Source of the DNA: a virus | Lineage: Duplodnaviria; Caudoviricetes | Reading direction: 5' to 3' (one strand) | IMG/VR virus record: IMGVR_UViG_3300005805_000437 | Span: 1-25,524 of that record | DNA: 25,524 nucleotides | Shown here: positions 17,012 to 24,491 of the stretch, one piece after another | Layout: the number at the start of each line of letters is the position of its first letter | Numbering within the stretch: the first letter of the stretch is position 1 | Program-made: the position numbers and the translations under genes | The notes under the pieces: generated by a model | Databases searched by the model: none | What the model was told of the DNA's origin: nothing | The model's input: the letters and a program-made list of their open reading frames with translations, nothing else

Positions 17012-17629
17012 GTGCTAACAGGCGTATCACTATTCGCTGGTGTCGGCGGCTTTGACCTAGCTATGGAACGCAACGGGGTAAAGGTTGTAGCCACAGTTGA
17101 GATAGATAAGAAGTGTAATGAAGTGTTAGCGAAACAGTTTCCTAACGCTAAACAATTTACTGATGTAAAGACAGTCACAGGAAAGGAACTAATAGATGTC
17201 GGATTCAATCCAGCAAATGGAATTATTACCGGAGGATTCCCCTGCCAAGATCTCAGCGTGGCTGGAAAACGCGCTGGTCTTGCTGGCGAAAGAAGCGGGT
17301 TATTCTGGGAGATTAGAAGACTTGTGGAAGAGACGCAAGCAGAGTGGTTCATCCTCGAAAATGTCCCTGGTTTATTATCCTCTAATGGAGGGAAGGACTT
17401 TGGAATCGTTCTCGGGGAGATGGCCGACCTCGGGTATAGTATCGGGTGGCGAGTGCTTGATGCTCAGTACTTTGGAGTACCCCAGCGAAGGCGCAGAGTC
17501 TTCATCGTTGGCAACCGTTCTGGAAACCCAGAACGTATCCTCAAAGTATTATTTGAGCGCAAAGGCGTGCGAAGGAATACTACGCAGGACCAACAGGCGA
17601 GGCAAGAGTTTGCCGGAAGCATTGAATAA
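17012..17629 (+). CDS. C5-cytosine DNA methyltransferase, catalytic part (motifs I-VIII)
   Basis: LFAGVGG, GFPCQD, ENV, QRRRRVF; GAGGAGG SD. Confidence 0.93.
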   Translation: MLTGVSLFAGVGGFDLAMERNGVKVVATVEIDKKCNEVLAKQFPNAKQFTDVKTVTGKELIDVGFNPANGIITGGFPCQDLSVAGKRAGLAGERSGLFWEIRRLVEETQAEWFILENVPGLLSSNGGKDFGIVLGEMADLGYSIGWRVLDAQYFGVPQRRRRVFIVGNRSGNPERILKVLFERKGVRRNTTQDQQARQEFAGSIE

Positions 17630-17666
17630 TGCTTTGGTTCAACAAGTCGCGCAGGGCGCAAACTGA
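17196..17666 (+). CDS. Alternative-frame methyltransferase subunit (M.EcoHK31I beta-like)
   Basis: 156 aa ORF nested in another frame, own AAGGA SD 8 nt before ATG, KYYLSAKACEGILRR motif. Confidence 0.7.
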   Translation: MSDSIQQMELLPEDSPAKISAWLENALVLLAKEAGYSGRLEDLWKRRKQSGSSSKMSLVYYPLMEGRTLESFSGRWPTSGIVSGGECLMLSTLEYPSEGAESSSLATVLETQNVSSKYYLSAKACEGILRRTNRRGKSLPEALNNALVQQVAQGAN

Positions 17667-18144
17667 AACTGACTTTGAGACTTGGGTGGAAGGTGGAGTT
17701 GTGCCAACGCTAAATGCTTTTGATAATGGAGATGTAAGGGCTACAACAATAGTATTTCACCCTCACAGAACTGATGGTGTAAGACTACAAGGTGAAACCA
17801 TAAATACTTTGACAGCTTTTATGGGTACAGGAGGATTGAATACGCCAATGGTAGCAAGTATTCAGAACACAGTTATAGGTAGGTCAGACACCGCTGGGCC
17901 ACAAGGCAAGGGCTACTCAGAAGAAGGAGAGCCTATGTTTACTATAGATACTACAAGCCCTCACGCAGTAGTTAGTGATTCTTCAGTAAGAAGACTTACA
18001 CCTACCGAGTGTGAAAGGTTACAAGGATTTCCTGATGGATGGACAGAGGGACAGAGCGACACTCACAGATATAAACAAATGGGTAATGCCGTAGCTGTGC
18101 CTGTTGTAGAGTGGCTAGTATCTGGTATAGTTGAGAATTGCTAG
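17629..18144 (+). CDS. C5 methyltransferase C-terminal part (TRD region plus motifs IX-X)
   Basis: RRLTPTECERLQGFP and YKQMGNAVAVPV; TAATG-coupled to the catalytic part. Confidence 0.9.
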   Translation: MLWFNKSRRAQTETDFETWVEGGVVPTLNAFDNGDVRATTIVFHPHRTDGVRLQGETINTLTAFMGTGGLNTPMVASIQNTVIGRSDTAGPQGKGYSEEGEPMFTIDTTSPHAVVSDSSVRRLTPTECERLQGFPDGWTEGQSDTHRYKQMGNAVAVPVVEWLVSGIVENC

Positions 18145-18171
18145 GGATTTCATACCTTTTCACCTAGTAAT

Positions 18172-18216
18172 AATAACCCCGCAGGTCAAGAGTGCTAACT
18201 GCGGGGTTATTTATTT
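18172..18216. terminator. Probable bidirectional intrinsic terminator
   Basis: 13-bp perfect stem 18172-18184/18199-18211 with A/T-rich flanks, between convergent operons. Confidence 0.8.
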
Positions 18217-18390
18217 ATCTGTCGAATAGAATCCGTTGCCCTTGAAGTGGATGGAAGGAGAGATCCACTTGCGAGATAGGGTGGTCCCGCATTGAGGGGT
18301 AGGGCAGTCGTATTCCACTTCGATCTCGTGGATACTGCGGATAACGGAGAGGATATTGCCGCAGTTTGGACATTCATATTCATACTTCAT
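18211..18390 (-). CDS. FmdB-family zinc ribbon protein (59 aa)
   Basis: Not in track. MKYEYECPNCG...CPTPQCG...IHFKGNGFYSTDK. Confidence 0.85.
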   Translation of the reverse strand: MKYEYECPNCGNILSVIRSIHEIEVEYDCPTPQCGTTLSRKWISPSIHFKGNGFYSTDK

Positions 18391-18764
18391 AGTGGTAAAC
18401 CATAATCTAAATGAAGGAATCCAACGAGCTTCATAATCTTTCTAGTGTCAGTAAACTCAGTAGTCGCTGGCATTCTACGCTCAGTCCAGGTTGGTTCAGG
18501 CACTCTTGATAAATCAAAACCCCATATACCTTGCGGTGTGGAGTTGATGTAGTACGGAGTCAATGGTCCAGCTTGGTTGATTAGCCTGCGATACTTCATC
18601 TCTTCTATCAGCAGGTCAGGGTAGTGGGTATGCCTACACTTTAACTCTATATATAAACCTTTACCTATTGTAGTACAGTCAAAGGAATCGTAAGACCCTT
18701 CACTCTTCTCTAAATCGGGGAAGTGTTTGTCTTTTAGGTAGTCGAATAACTCTTGTTCTTTCAT
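18387..18764 (-). CDS. PD-(D/E)XK-superfamily nuclease-like protein
   Basis: FDC...YIELKCR motif; start moved to ATG 18764 (ATGA overlap). Confidence 0.7.
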   Translation of the reverse strand: MKEQELFDYLKDKHFPDLEKSEGSYDSFDCTTIGKGLYIELKCRHTHYPDLLIEEMKYRRLINQAGPLTPYYINSTPQGIWGFDLSRVPEPTWTERRMPATTEFTDTRKIMKLVGFLHLDYGLPL

Positions 18765-19243
18765 ACCCACACACCTGGTTTGACTAGTTCAAGATATGTT
18801 ATGGCATTTTTCAGTAAACCTATATCATCTTTTAGATTACCAATTCCAGAGTTACAAGAGGTACACAGTAGGCCACGCAGACATTTACCACAGGACATTT
18901 CTCCAGGGCAACAAGAGTGGTCGTGGTCTATAGCTAGATTCTTGTTAAAATTTTTACCCAAACATATAGCACAAGATCCATTTTGTTCTTCTAATTTTCT
19001 AGCATATGCTTCTAAAGTAATCTTATGACGTTTGCGTAAATCATATCTTCTATACTTATCGGGATTATTTACTCTATCTATCTTTCTAGATGCGGCCCTT
19101 CTAGCTTTCAGCTTAGAATCTTTTCTACTTCTCTCGTTGTAACAACTCTTACATTCATAATAATAATATCTTTTATCTCTAGCCAATCTATTTCTAAAGG
19201 AAGAAAGTGTTTGTTCAACTAAACAGATGCGGCAGGTTCGCAT
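18761..19243 (-). CDS. Endonuclease VII-family (His-Me finger) endonuclease
   Basis: CAIC...IDHDH...RGLLCTSCNSGIG; N-terminal CxxC...CxxC. Confidence 0.9.
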   Translation of the reverse strand: MRTCRICLVEQTLSSFRNRLARDKRYYYYECKSCYNERSRKDSKLKARRAASRKIDRVNNPDKYRRYDLRKRHKITLEAYARKLEEQNGSCAICLGKNFNKNLAIDHDHSCCPGEMSCGKCLRGLLCTSCNSGIGNLKDDIGLLKNAITYLELVKPGVWV

Positions 19244-19875
19244 TAGTTATACGGACTCTCTCCGCCGATATTATTCTGTAGTTTGCGAAGAGAATTATTG
19301 ACTCTTCTATCGGCAGTAGATACAGCACACTCTAAGTATTCAGCTATATGTTGAAGCGTTACATTCTCATAATAGCGAAGGCTAAGAATCTCTTGGTCTT
19401 CCTTATCTAACTTCTGATAAGCCTTCTTTATATCTACAAGGGTAGCCAATAAGTTGCCCCCTTCAGCAGGAGCAGACTGCTTGCGCGGTTGGCCATCATT
19501 GAGTAGGACTTGGCTCTGCTCTAATGCAGTATCTAAAGCAACAGACTTGATGACAAAGGGTAATAGTTGAGCGATAGTAGTAGTGTCATAGAAGGCTTCA
19601 TCGGCAGTCTTATAGCCAGACTTATTAGCCTTCTCTTTACGAGCATAACGTTCAGCGTGGCGCTTCATCTGCCAGGCTATACGCCTTTCATTAGCCATCC
19701 TTCTAAGCGCATTCTCTTCATTGAGTTGCTCAACAAGTGAAGCATTTCTAGAAGTAGCCCAGAGATAACACTCTTGAAGTACATCTTCCTTCTCTACATA
19801 ACCTCTATACCTACGATAGATGGCAGTTGCTACACCTGGCGCTATCTCAGTAAGGGTTGGATGTAGCTCAGTCAT
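19243..19875 (-). CDS. Phage RNA polymerase sigma factor (ECF-like, regions 2 and 4)
   Basis: EDVLQECYLW (region 2); LDKEDQEILSLRYYENVTLQHIAEYL...STADRR (region 4 HTH). Confidence 0.85.
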   Translation of the reverse strand: MTELHPTLTEIAPGVATAIYRRYRGYVEKEDVLQECYLWATSRNASLVEQLNEENALRRMANERRIAWQMKRHAERYARKEKANKSGYKTADEAFYDTTTIAQLLPFVIKSVALDTALEQSQVLLNDGQPRKQSAPAEGGNLLATLVDIKKAYQKLDKEDQEILSLRYYENVTLQHIAEYLECAVSTADRRVNNSLRKLQNNIGGESPYN

Positions 19876-20030
19876 TGAAGTTCTTTCTCAATAATCTGAA
19901 TGGTTGGACAGGGGTAAAACTTTTTATCGTGTCTACATTGTTGAGGTGTGATGTTGCCTTCAGGTGTGTGTAACTTGACGATTTCAAGTAAGGCTCCATC
20001 AGTCTTAGCAAGTAGTTCAGTGTGTGTCAT
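19872..20030 (-). CDS. Small hypothetical protein
   Basis: MTHTELLAK...LHTP...CRHD...YPCPTI; start moved to ATG 20030. Confidence 0.65.
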   Translation of the reverse strand: MTHTELLAKTDGALLEIVKLHTPEGNITPQQCRHDKKFYPCPTIQIIEKELQ

Positions 20031-20439
20031 CCGGTAGTTCAGGCCAGTTCTTATCAAGAACCATAATTGCTATGGCGCTGTAGTTGAGTAGGTCTACAAA
20101 GGAATCTCTAAGTGATTCATTAGATGGCTTGACGCCACTATCAAGTAGGTTATTTATCCTTGCTACCTTGTCCCACATACGAACACGTAGTCCATTGAGT
20201 GGGCCACCAGGTGAGCGAGCCACGTTTAGGGGTCCATAATCTTTATGCTTTCGTAACAAAAGAGTTCCTGCGGTATCAAATACCCGCCACATATCTTCTA
20301 CAAACTTATCATCTATCTTCTTATTGGCATTGGTTTGCAGGTTATTGTCCCACTCTTGTAATCTATCGAGACTATTATCATCCCCATATCCGTCAATAAT
20401 ACTGCTGCCTCTTGAAGATCCTTTTTCTTGCTCACTCAC
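20017..20439 (-). CDS. DUF1599 / nucleotide modification associated domain 1 protein
   Basis: KHKDYG...RMWDKVARINNL...ESLRDSFVDLLNYS pattern. Confidence 0.8.
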   Translation of the reverse strand: MSEQEKGSSRGSSIIDGYGDDNSLDRLQEWDNNLQTNANKKIDDKFVEDMWRVFDTAGTLLLRKHKDYGPLNVARSPGGPLNGLRVRMWDKVARINNLLDSGVKPSNESLRDSFVDLLNYSAIAIMVLDKNWPELPDDTH

Positions 20440-21080
20440 TTTGCTCCCCCTACTAGGTTGGCTAATTGTTCTCTACCCTCTGCCAGGTAAAAGTCCGTTA
20501 TGTCCATACCTGGTGGTAATTGTACTATTTGTGAGTTTAGTACCTCACTTGCGACACGCCGAGCAAAGTCTGCTCCAGGATTAGTGTCTTTATCTTCTCT
20601 TGTGTCGTTATCTCCGATGACATAGATGACATCAAAGCCAGTAAATAACTTGGCATAGAAAGGTTTCCAAGCTGCTACTCCTGGTACACCAACAGCAGGA
20701 ATACCTATCTCATTCATAACGATTGAATCAAACTCACCCTCGCAAATAACTATACGATAACTATTCTCCATTGTGGCTGTGACATTGTAGAGATGGCTCT
20801 TCTGACCTATCGGTGCGCCATACTTAGGCTTGCCTTCATCAAGTCTTCGGAACTTAAAGCCAACACACATATCTAAAGCTGTAAAATATGGAATAGATAT
20901 CCAACCTTCATAACCTTGATGGCCTTCTATTGGATCTGTAATAACTCCAAGCCTGTACTTTGCAGCAGCAGCCTCAGATATTCCACGTCCTTCTAGATAT
21001 GCTAGAGCCTCTGCGCTTATGCTTTGACTGTACCTTTCCGCCGCCTCGTTCAACGATTTCGACTGCGTAGTTGAGAGCAT
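20436..21080 (-). CDS. DNA primase, Toprim catalytic part
   Basis: YLEGRGI, KPKY, ICEGEFD, GDND, DITD. Confidence 0.9.
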   Translation of the reverse strand: MLSTTQSKSLNEAAERYSQSISAEALAYLEGRGISEAAAAKYRLGVITDPIEGHQGYEGWISIPYFTALDMCVGFKFRRLDEGKPKYGAPIGQKSHLYNVTATMENSYRIVICEGEFDSIVMNEIGIPAVGVPGVAAWKPFYAKLFTGFDVIYVIGDNDTREDKDTNPGADFARRVASEVLNSQIVQLPPGMDITDFYLAEGREQLANLVGGAK

Positions 21081-21351
21081 CCTTAAACCCCATCTCCTCG
21101 TTCGCCATTACTACATCTACTGCTGAACCACCCTTACCGCAAGTGTGACAGTAATATAAATTGTTATATGTATCTATCACTGCGCTACGCCTAGAGTCAT
21201 CGTGCATACAACACTTGACTGATAGGTTTGAACCATACTTCACTTCACCAGCGTAATGCTGGACTATCAAGTCTATGGGGATTGCGTTTGCATCAGAGGC
21301 GCCTTTGCGTTTCGACTTACGAACCACCCTGGACCAGTCTTGTGCTGGCAT
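20974..21351 (-). CDS. DNA primase CHC2 zinc-finger part
   Basis: CCMHDDSRRS...YYCHTCGKGG; probable start ATG 21351 after the AAGGAG SD. Confidence 0.85.
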   Translation of the reverse strand: MPAQDWSRVVRKSKRKGASDANAIPIDLIVQHYAGEVKYGSNLSVKCCMHDDSRRSAVIDTYNNLYYCHTCGKGGSAVDVVMANEEMGFKDALNYAVEIVERGGGKVQSKHKRRGSSISRRTWNI

Positions 21352-21449
21352 CCACAATCTCCTTTGCAGTAGCCGTGAAGTTCTTCAGCTTTATCGTAGC
21401 TGCCTCGGAGATTAAAGTCTCCAGCAACTTGACATTCATTGCAGATCAT
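21273..21449 (-). CDS. Small Cys/His-rich protein (58 aa)
   Basis: Not in track. MICNECQVAG...HGYCKGDCGCQHK...; ATGA overlap with the resolvase stop. Confidence 0.65.
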   Translation of the reverse strand: MICNECQVAGDFNLRGSYDKAEELHGYCKGDCGCQHKTGPGWFVSRNAKAPLMQTQSP

Positions 21450-21561
21450 CTTCTCGCTCTTCTTCTTGTTTTTCTACTTCGCTTGGATCCTCCGGTAGTG
21501 GAGGTTCTGCTTGTGGATTCATCATCTCGCTTGTTGTTATTTGTCCCTGTGGTACTGGCAT
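21436..21561 (-). CDS. Acidic Pro-rich mini-protein (41 aa) overlapping the resolvase tail
   Basis: Not in track. MPVPQGQITTSEMMNPQAEPPLPEDPSEVEKQEEEREDDLQ with AAGGAG SD. Confidence 0.6.
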   Translation of the reverse strand: MPVPQGQITTSEMMNPQAEPPLPEDPSEVEKQEEEREDDLQ

Positions 21562-21898
21562 CTATCCACTCCTTTAGTGGTTGTATCACCCAAGCATCTT
21601 CAACAGATGCGTTCCTTCTCTTGACTATGACAAAGGCCGGAGGCTCGACGGAAAGACCTCTAGCCTTTGCATAGTTGGCTGCCTCAGTCTGAGCTTCCGC
21701 CCAGAACTGTGGAAGATTCATAGCCTTGCGATTCTTGCATTCCAAAATATAGGTCTGACCTGCGATTATGGTAACAATGTCACCTTCATCATTGGCTCCT
21801 GCCTTAGCAAGACGTTCAGCAAAGTGACCAAGTGAGCGGATGTATTTCATTACATCGGACTCAAACTTAGTTCCCTTTTGTTTATTGTAACTACTCAT
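21446..21898 (-). CDS. Holliday junction resolvase (Hjc-like PD-(D/E)XK)
   Basis: KQKGTKFE...GDI...ILECKN. Confidence 0.85.
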   Translation of the reverse strand: MSSYNKQKGTKFESDVMKYIRSLGHFAERLAKAGANDEGDIVTIIAGQTYILECKNRKAMNLPQFWAEAQTEAANYAKARGLSVEPPAFVIVKRRNASVEDAWVIQPLKEWIDASTTGTNNNKRDDESTSRTSTTGGSKRSRKTRRRARR

Positions 21899-22725
21899 AC
21901 ACTCCTTGGGTTTGAGTTCAATATCATACGACCATAAGAGTCAGAGTCTCCTATCTGACAAGCCGAATAGTTTGTAAACAAACCTATGTAATCTCCTCCG
22001 TCAGCGGTATGCCTACCGAATCTATTTTTTACTGCTGCAACTCTGAGTGTATTTGCATACGGATCATACCCAAGAGTTAGTATTAAAGCTGGTAACTGAC
22101 TCACCTTTCCGTGGATTGATCTACGTGCTGGTGGTTCAAAGGTAGTTCCATATTCAGTTTGCTCTGATACGTGATGTAGCACCATCACACAGGCTTCGGT
22201 TTTCCTAGCCATATCGTGTAGCTCTACCATAATTGCTCTAAGTCCTGCCCATTCATTATCAGTCTCAGCAACTACATTCATCAGGTTATCTATAACTATT
22301 AACTTAGGCGCTACACCGAAGAGTTCTATGTAAGCCTTGACCTCTGCTTCAATGTCATCAAGTGATGGACTTGAATCAAAGACCCATTGGATATGGCCCA
22401 TCATCTCTAAGTCTTTTTCATAATGAGATGGGTTAGCCCTGATGTTGTTCTCAACAGTCACTTGTGTATGACCTGATAGATGTGCTGCTGCCCTAATCAT
22501 TACAGTAGCTGTATCAGTGTCAGCCGAAAAGAAAAGAGTTGGTACCTGAGCCTTGATTGCATATATCAAAGCAAACATAGACTTTCCGACGTTAGGTGCA
22601 GCGGCAACCATACACACTTGACCGCGCCGGAAAGTTATGTCCTTACTCTTTAGATCTTTCCAGACCAAAGGTAAAGGTTCAGCGTTACTGTGCGAACTAT
22701 GCCAAGCTCTATCTAATCTAAGCAC
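21895..22725 (-). CDS. DnaB-like (SF4) helicase, ATPase domain only
   Basis: AAPNVGKS Walker A, IVIDNL Walker B, VKNRFG; 276 aa. Confidence 0.9.
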   Translation of the reverse strand: MLRLDRAWHSSHSNAEPLPLVWKDLKSKDITFRRGQVCMVAAAPNVGKSMFALIYAIKAQVPTLFFSADTDTATVMIRAAAHLSGHTQVTVENNIRANPSHYEKDLEMMGHIQWVFDSSPSLDDIEAEVKAYIELFGVAPKLIVIDNLMNVVAETDNEWAGLRAIMVELHDMARKTEACVMVLHHVSEQTEYGTTFEPPARRSIHGKVSQLPALILTLGYDPYANTLRVAAVKNRFGRHTADGGDYIGLFTNYSACQIGDSDSYGRMILNSNPRSV

Positions 22726-22987
22726 AGTCCTCTCGTTTCTCTATTGGTATTTTTAGTTTTCTTTTACCACGGATTTTCTTTCTTTCGGCAGCGGTTAATC
22801 CACCCCATACTCCGTGTCGTTCATAGGTAATACCCCATTCAGCGCATTCAAGTCTATGGGTACATAAAGAACATAGTTCTTTTGCCAAACGTAATCCTCT
22901 TGGATTACCTCTCTGCTTCTCTGGGAACCAGAGATCTCCGTCGACCTGCGCACATAGCGGAGCCTCGTATTGACGTGGCTCACGCAT
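22718..22987 (-). CDS. whiB: WhiB-family Fe-S transcription factor
   Basis: C...WFPE...CxxC-x5-C and GVWGGL followed by a basic tail. Confidence 0.95.
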   Translation of the reverse strand: MREPRQYEAPLCAQVDGDLWFPEKQRGNPRGLRLAKELCSLCTHRLECAEWGITYERHGVWGGLTAAERKKIRGKRKLKIPIEKREDCA

Positions 22988-22991
22988 AGAG

Positions 22992-23354
22992 TCATCTAAC
23001 CCAGATAGTGTCGCACTTGTCCGTTGCTCCCTTTGGAGCAGCGCACATATATCCTTTCCAAGGTCCCTTGGCTCCGACGCCTTCTCTAAAGCTCATTGTT
23101 CCGTGCTTGCAACCTGGCGTCTCACCTTGTGGTGCCGCTGGTGCTGATGATCGTGGAACGAAATTATTTCGTACGGGCGCAGCAGAAGCAGCGCCTCCGA
23201 AAGATTGGCTAACGCTTCCAATGAGGGTGGAAAAGTCTTGCGCTGCAGTTAGCAACGCTTCTAGTTCCTCCTTGCTGGATGCGTATAGATTGATAAGAGT
23301 TCCATCGGGTGATTTGAAGTTCACCTGGAACTTAGTTGATTCCGGTGCAGCCAT
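22992..23354 (-). CDS. Hypothetical protein with C-terminal zinc ribbon
   Basis: 120 aa; CKHG...WKGYMC...KC; GGAGG SD; next to the exonuclease. Confidence 0.75.
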   Translation of the reverse strand: MAAPESTKFQVNFKSPDGTLINLYASSKEELEALLTAAQDFSTLIGSVSQSFGGAASAAPVRNNFVPRSSAPAAPQGETPGCKHGTMSFREGVGAKGPWKGYMCAAPKGATDKCDTIWVR

Positions 23355-24301
23355 TATTTGTTTCCTCCAGTTTGTTTGACTGTTACTCTGATTGTTTCTT
23401 TTCCTTCTTTGCCAGGAAGATAGCCAAGTTTTTCCTTGACTTCATCCTTGTCCACAATGAAAGAACCTTTCACTGCAGATGTCTGAACTTGGATGCCAGA
23501 CTTGGTGATACCGAGTAATCCAGTAAGCCCATCCCTAAGAGCGTCCTTTCGTTCGGATAACTCCTTTATCTTGGCATCCAGTTGCAGATACTCCAAAGCA
23601 GATTTATCCGCTTCAGAATCTTCTATCACTGGTAATTCAGTTTTTGTAAGTCCTTTTTTTAGACCAACGCATCCCATCTCGCCAGAGGCGTCATAGTATT
23701 TGCAATAAAATTTACAATAGCTCTCGTCCCTTTCAGGATCAGGAGCCGTGTCCGATAACTTTATCGCTTCTAACCAGTTGAGCGCCTCTAGCGCAATGGA
23801 CTCGTCATAGTCTTCGGTATGTACAAGTACATCCCTCTCATCACCATCACGAGGTATGGCTACTAAACTGACAGTCTGAACCTTCCCCAATCCAGACTTA
23901 TCAATCAAATATCCATACACCTGTACCTGCCAGCGTTGCTGCTGGCTAGGAAAGTAAGATAGGTTCTTAGCCTTTACTGTCTTCCAATCTACGACAGCGC
24001 CAATAGATGGAATGAAGCAATCTACGTGAGCCTTCATCCCGTTGTGTTCAACGGTCTGCTCAAGTAACACATCCTTGTTGCTCGATAGAGCGTTCTCAAT
24101 AGCACCGTGAATAGCGGTACCCATAATCGCTGCGAGCTTTAGTTCATTGTCATTGGTTTCAGGTTGGTTATTCAAGCGATACCAAACCTTACGACGGCAA
24201 CCACCCAATTCTGATGGGCCAATCTGTACCTGTGTACTTCTGCTTCGCCTGTTCTCAACATCGTGCAGAGCCTTGACTAGCAATTCTTTTATATCAATCA
24301 T
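23354..24301 (-). CDS. Cas4-like / PD-(D/E)XK exonuclease
   Basis: GPSELGGCRRK, GTAIH, HVD...VVDWKT, QVQVY, CKFYCKY...C. Confidence 0.88.
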   Translation of the reverse strand: MIDIKELLVKALHDVENRRSRSTQVQIGPSELGGCRRKVWYRLNNQPETNDNELKLAAIMGTAIHGAIENALSSNKDVLLEQTVEHNGMKAHVDCFIPSIGAVVDWKTVKAKNLSYFPSQQQRWQVQVYGYLIDKSGLGKVQTVSLVAIPRDGDERDVLVHTEDYDESIALEALNWLEAIKLSDTAPDPERDESYCKFYCKYYDASGEMGCVGLKKGLTKTELPVIEDSEADKSALEYLQLDAKIKELSERKDALRDGLTGLLGITKSGIQVQTSAVKGSFIVDKDEVKEKLGYLPGKEGKETIRVTVKQTGGNK

Positions 24302-24491
24302 TCGGGAAGTACTCTCCTGTATTCCAATAGACTATCGTTATTCTAAAGAATATCAGACCTATCTGACAAATCTTCGCAATGACATCATCGGGAGTATCTC
24401 CACATTCTTCGTAATAGTCAAGACCCAAAGACCAGTTATAGACATAACTGCGACTTGTCGTAACCGACAATCGCTTGAAGTCTTTTCTCAC
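24294..24491 (-). CDS. Hypothetical protein
   Basis: 65 aa ORF, GTGA overlap, GGGAG SD. Confidence 0.6.
   Translation of the reverse strand: MRKDFKRLSVTTSRSYVYNWSLGLDYYEECGDTPDDVIAKICQIGLIFFRITIVYWNTGEYFPND

Noticed and set aside
17612-17640. Methyltransferase break as a pseudogene frameshift
   Set aside because: The break is a clean TAATG stop/start at a domain boundary and all catalytic motifs are intact; not fully excluded without reads.
17010-18198. GAGTGCTAA at 17010 and 18190 as CIRCE (HrcA) operators
   Set aside because: Half-sites only; no TTAGCACTC 9 nt upstream in either case.
20551-20561. GCGACACGCCG in the primase gene, matching the promoter motif at 25079-25089
   Set aside because: No -10 hexamer 13 nt downstream, and it lies in coding sequence.
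23354-24301. Cas4-like gene as evidence of a CRISPR system
   Set aside because: No repeat-spacer array or other cas genes seen; stand-alone Cas4-like nucleases are common in phages.
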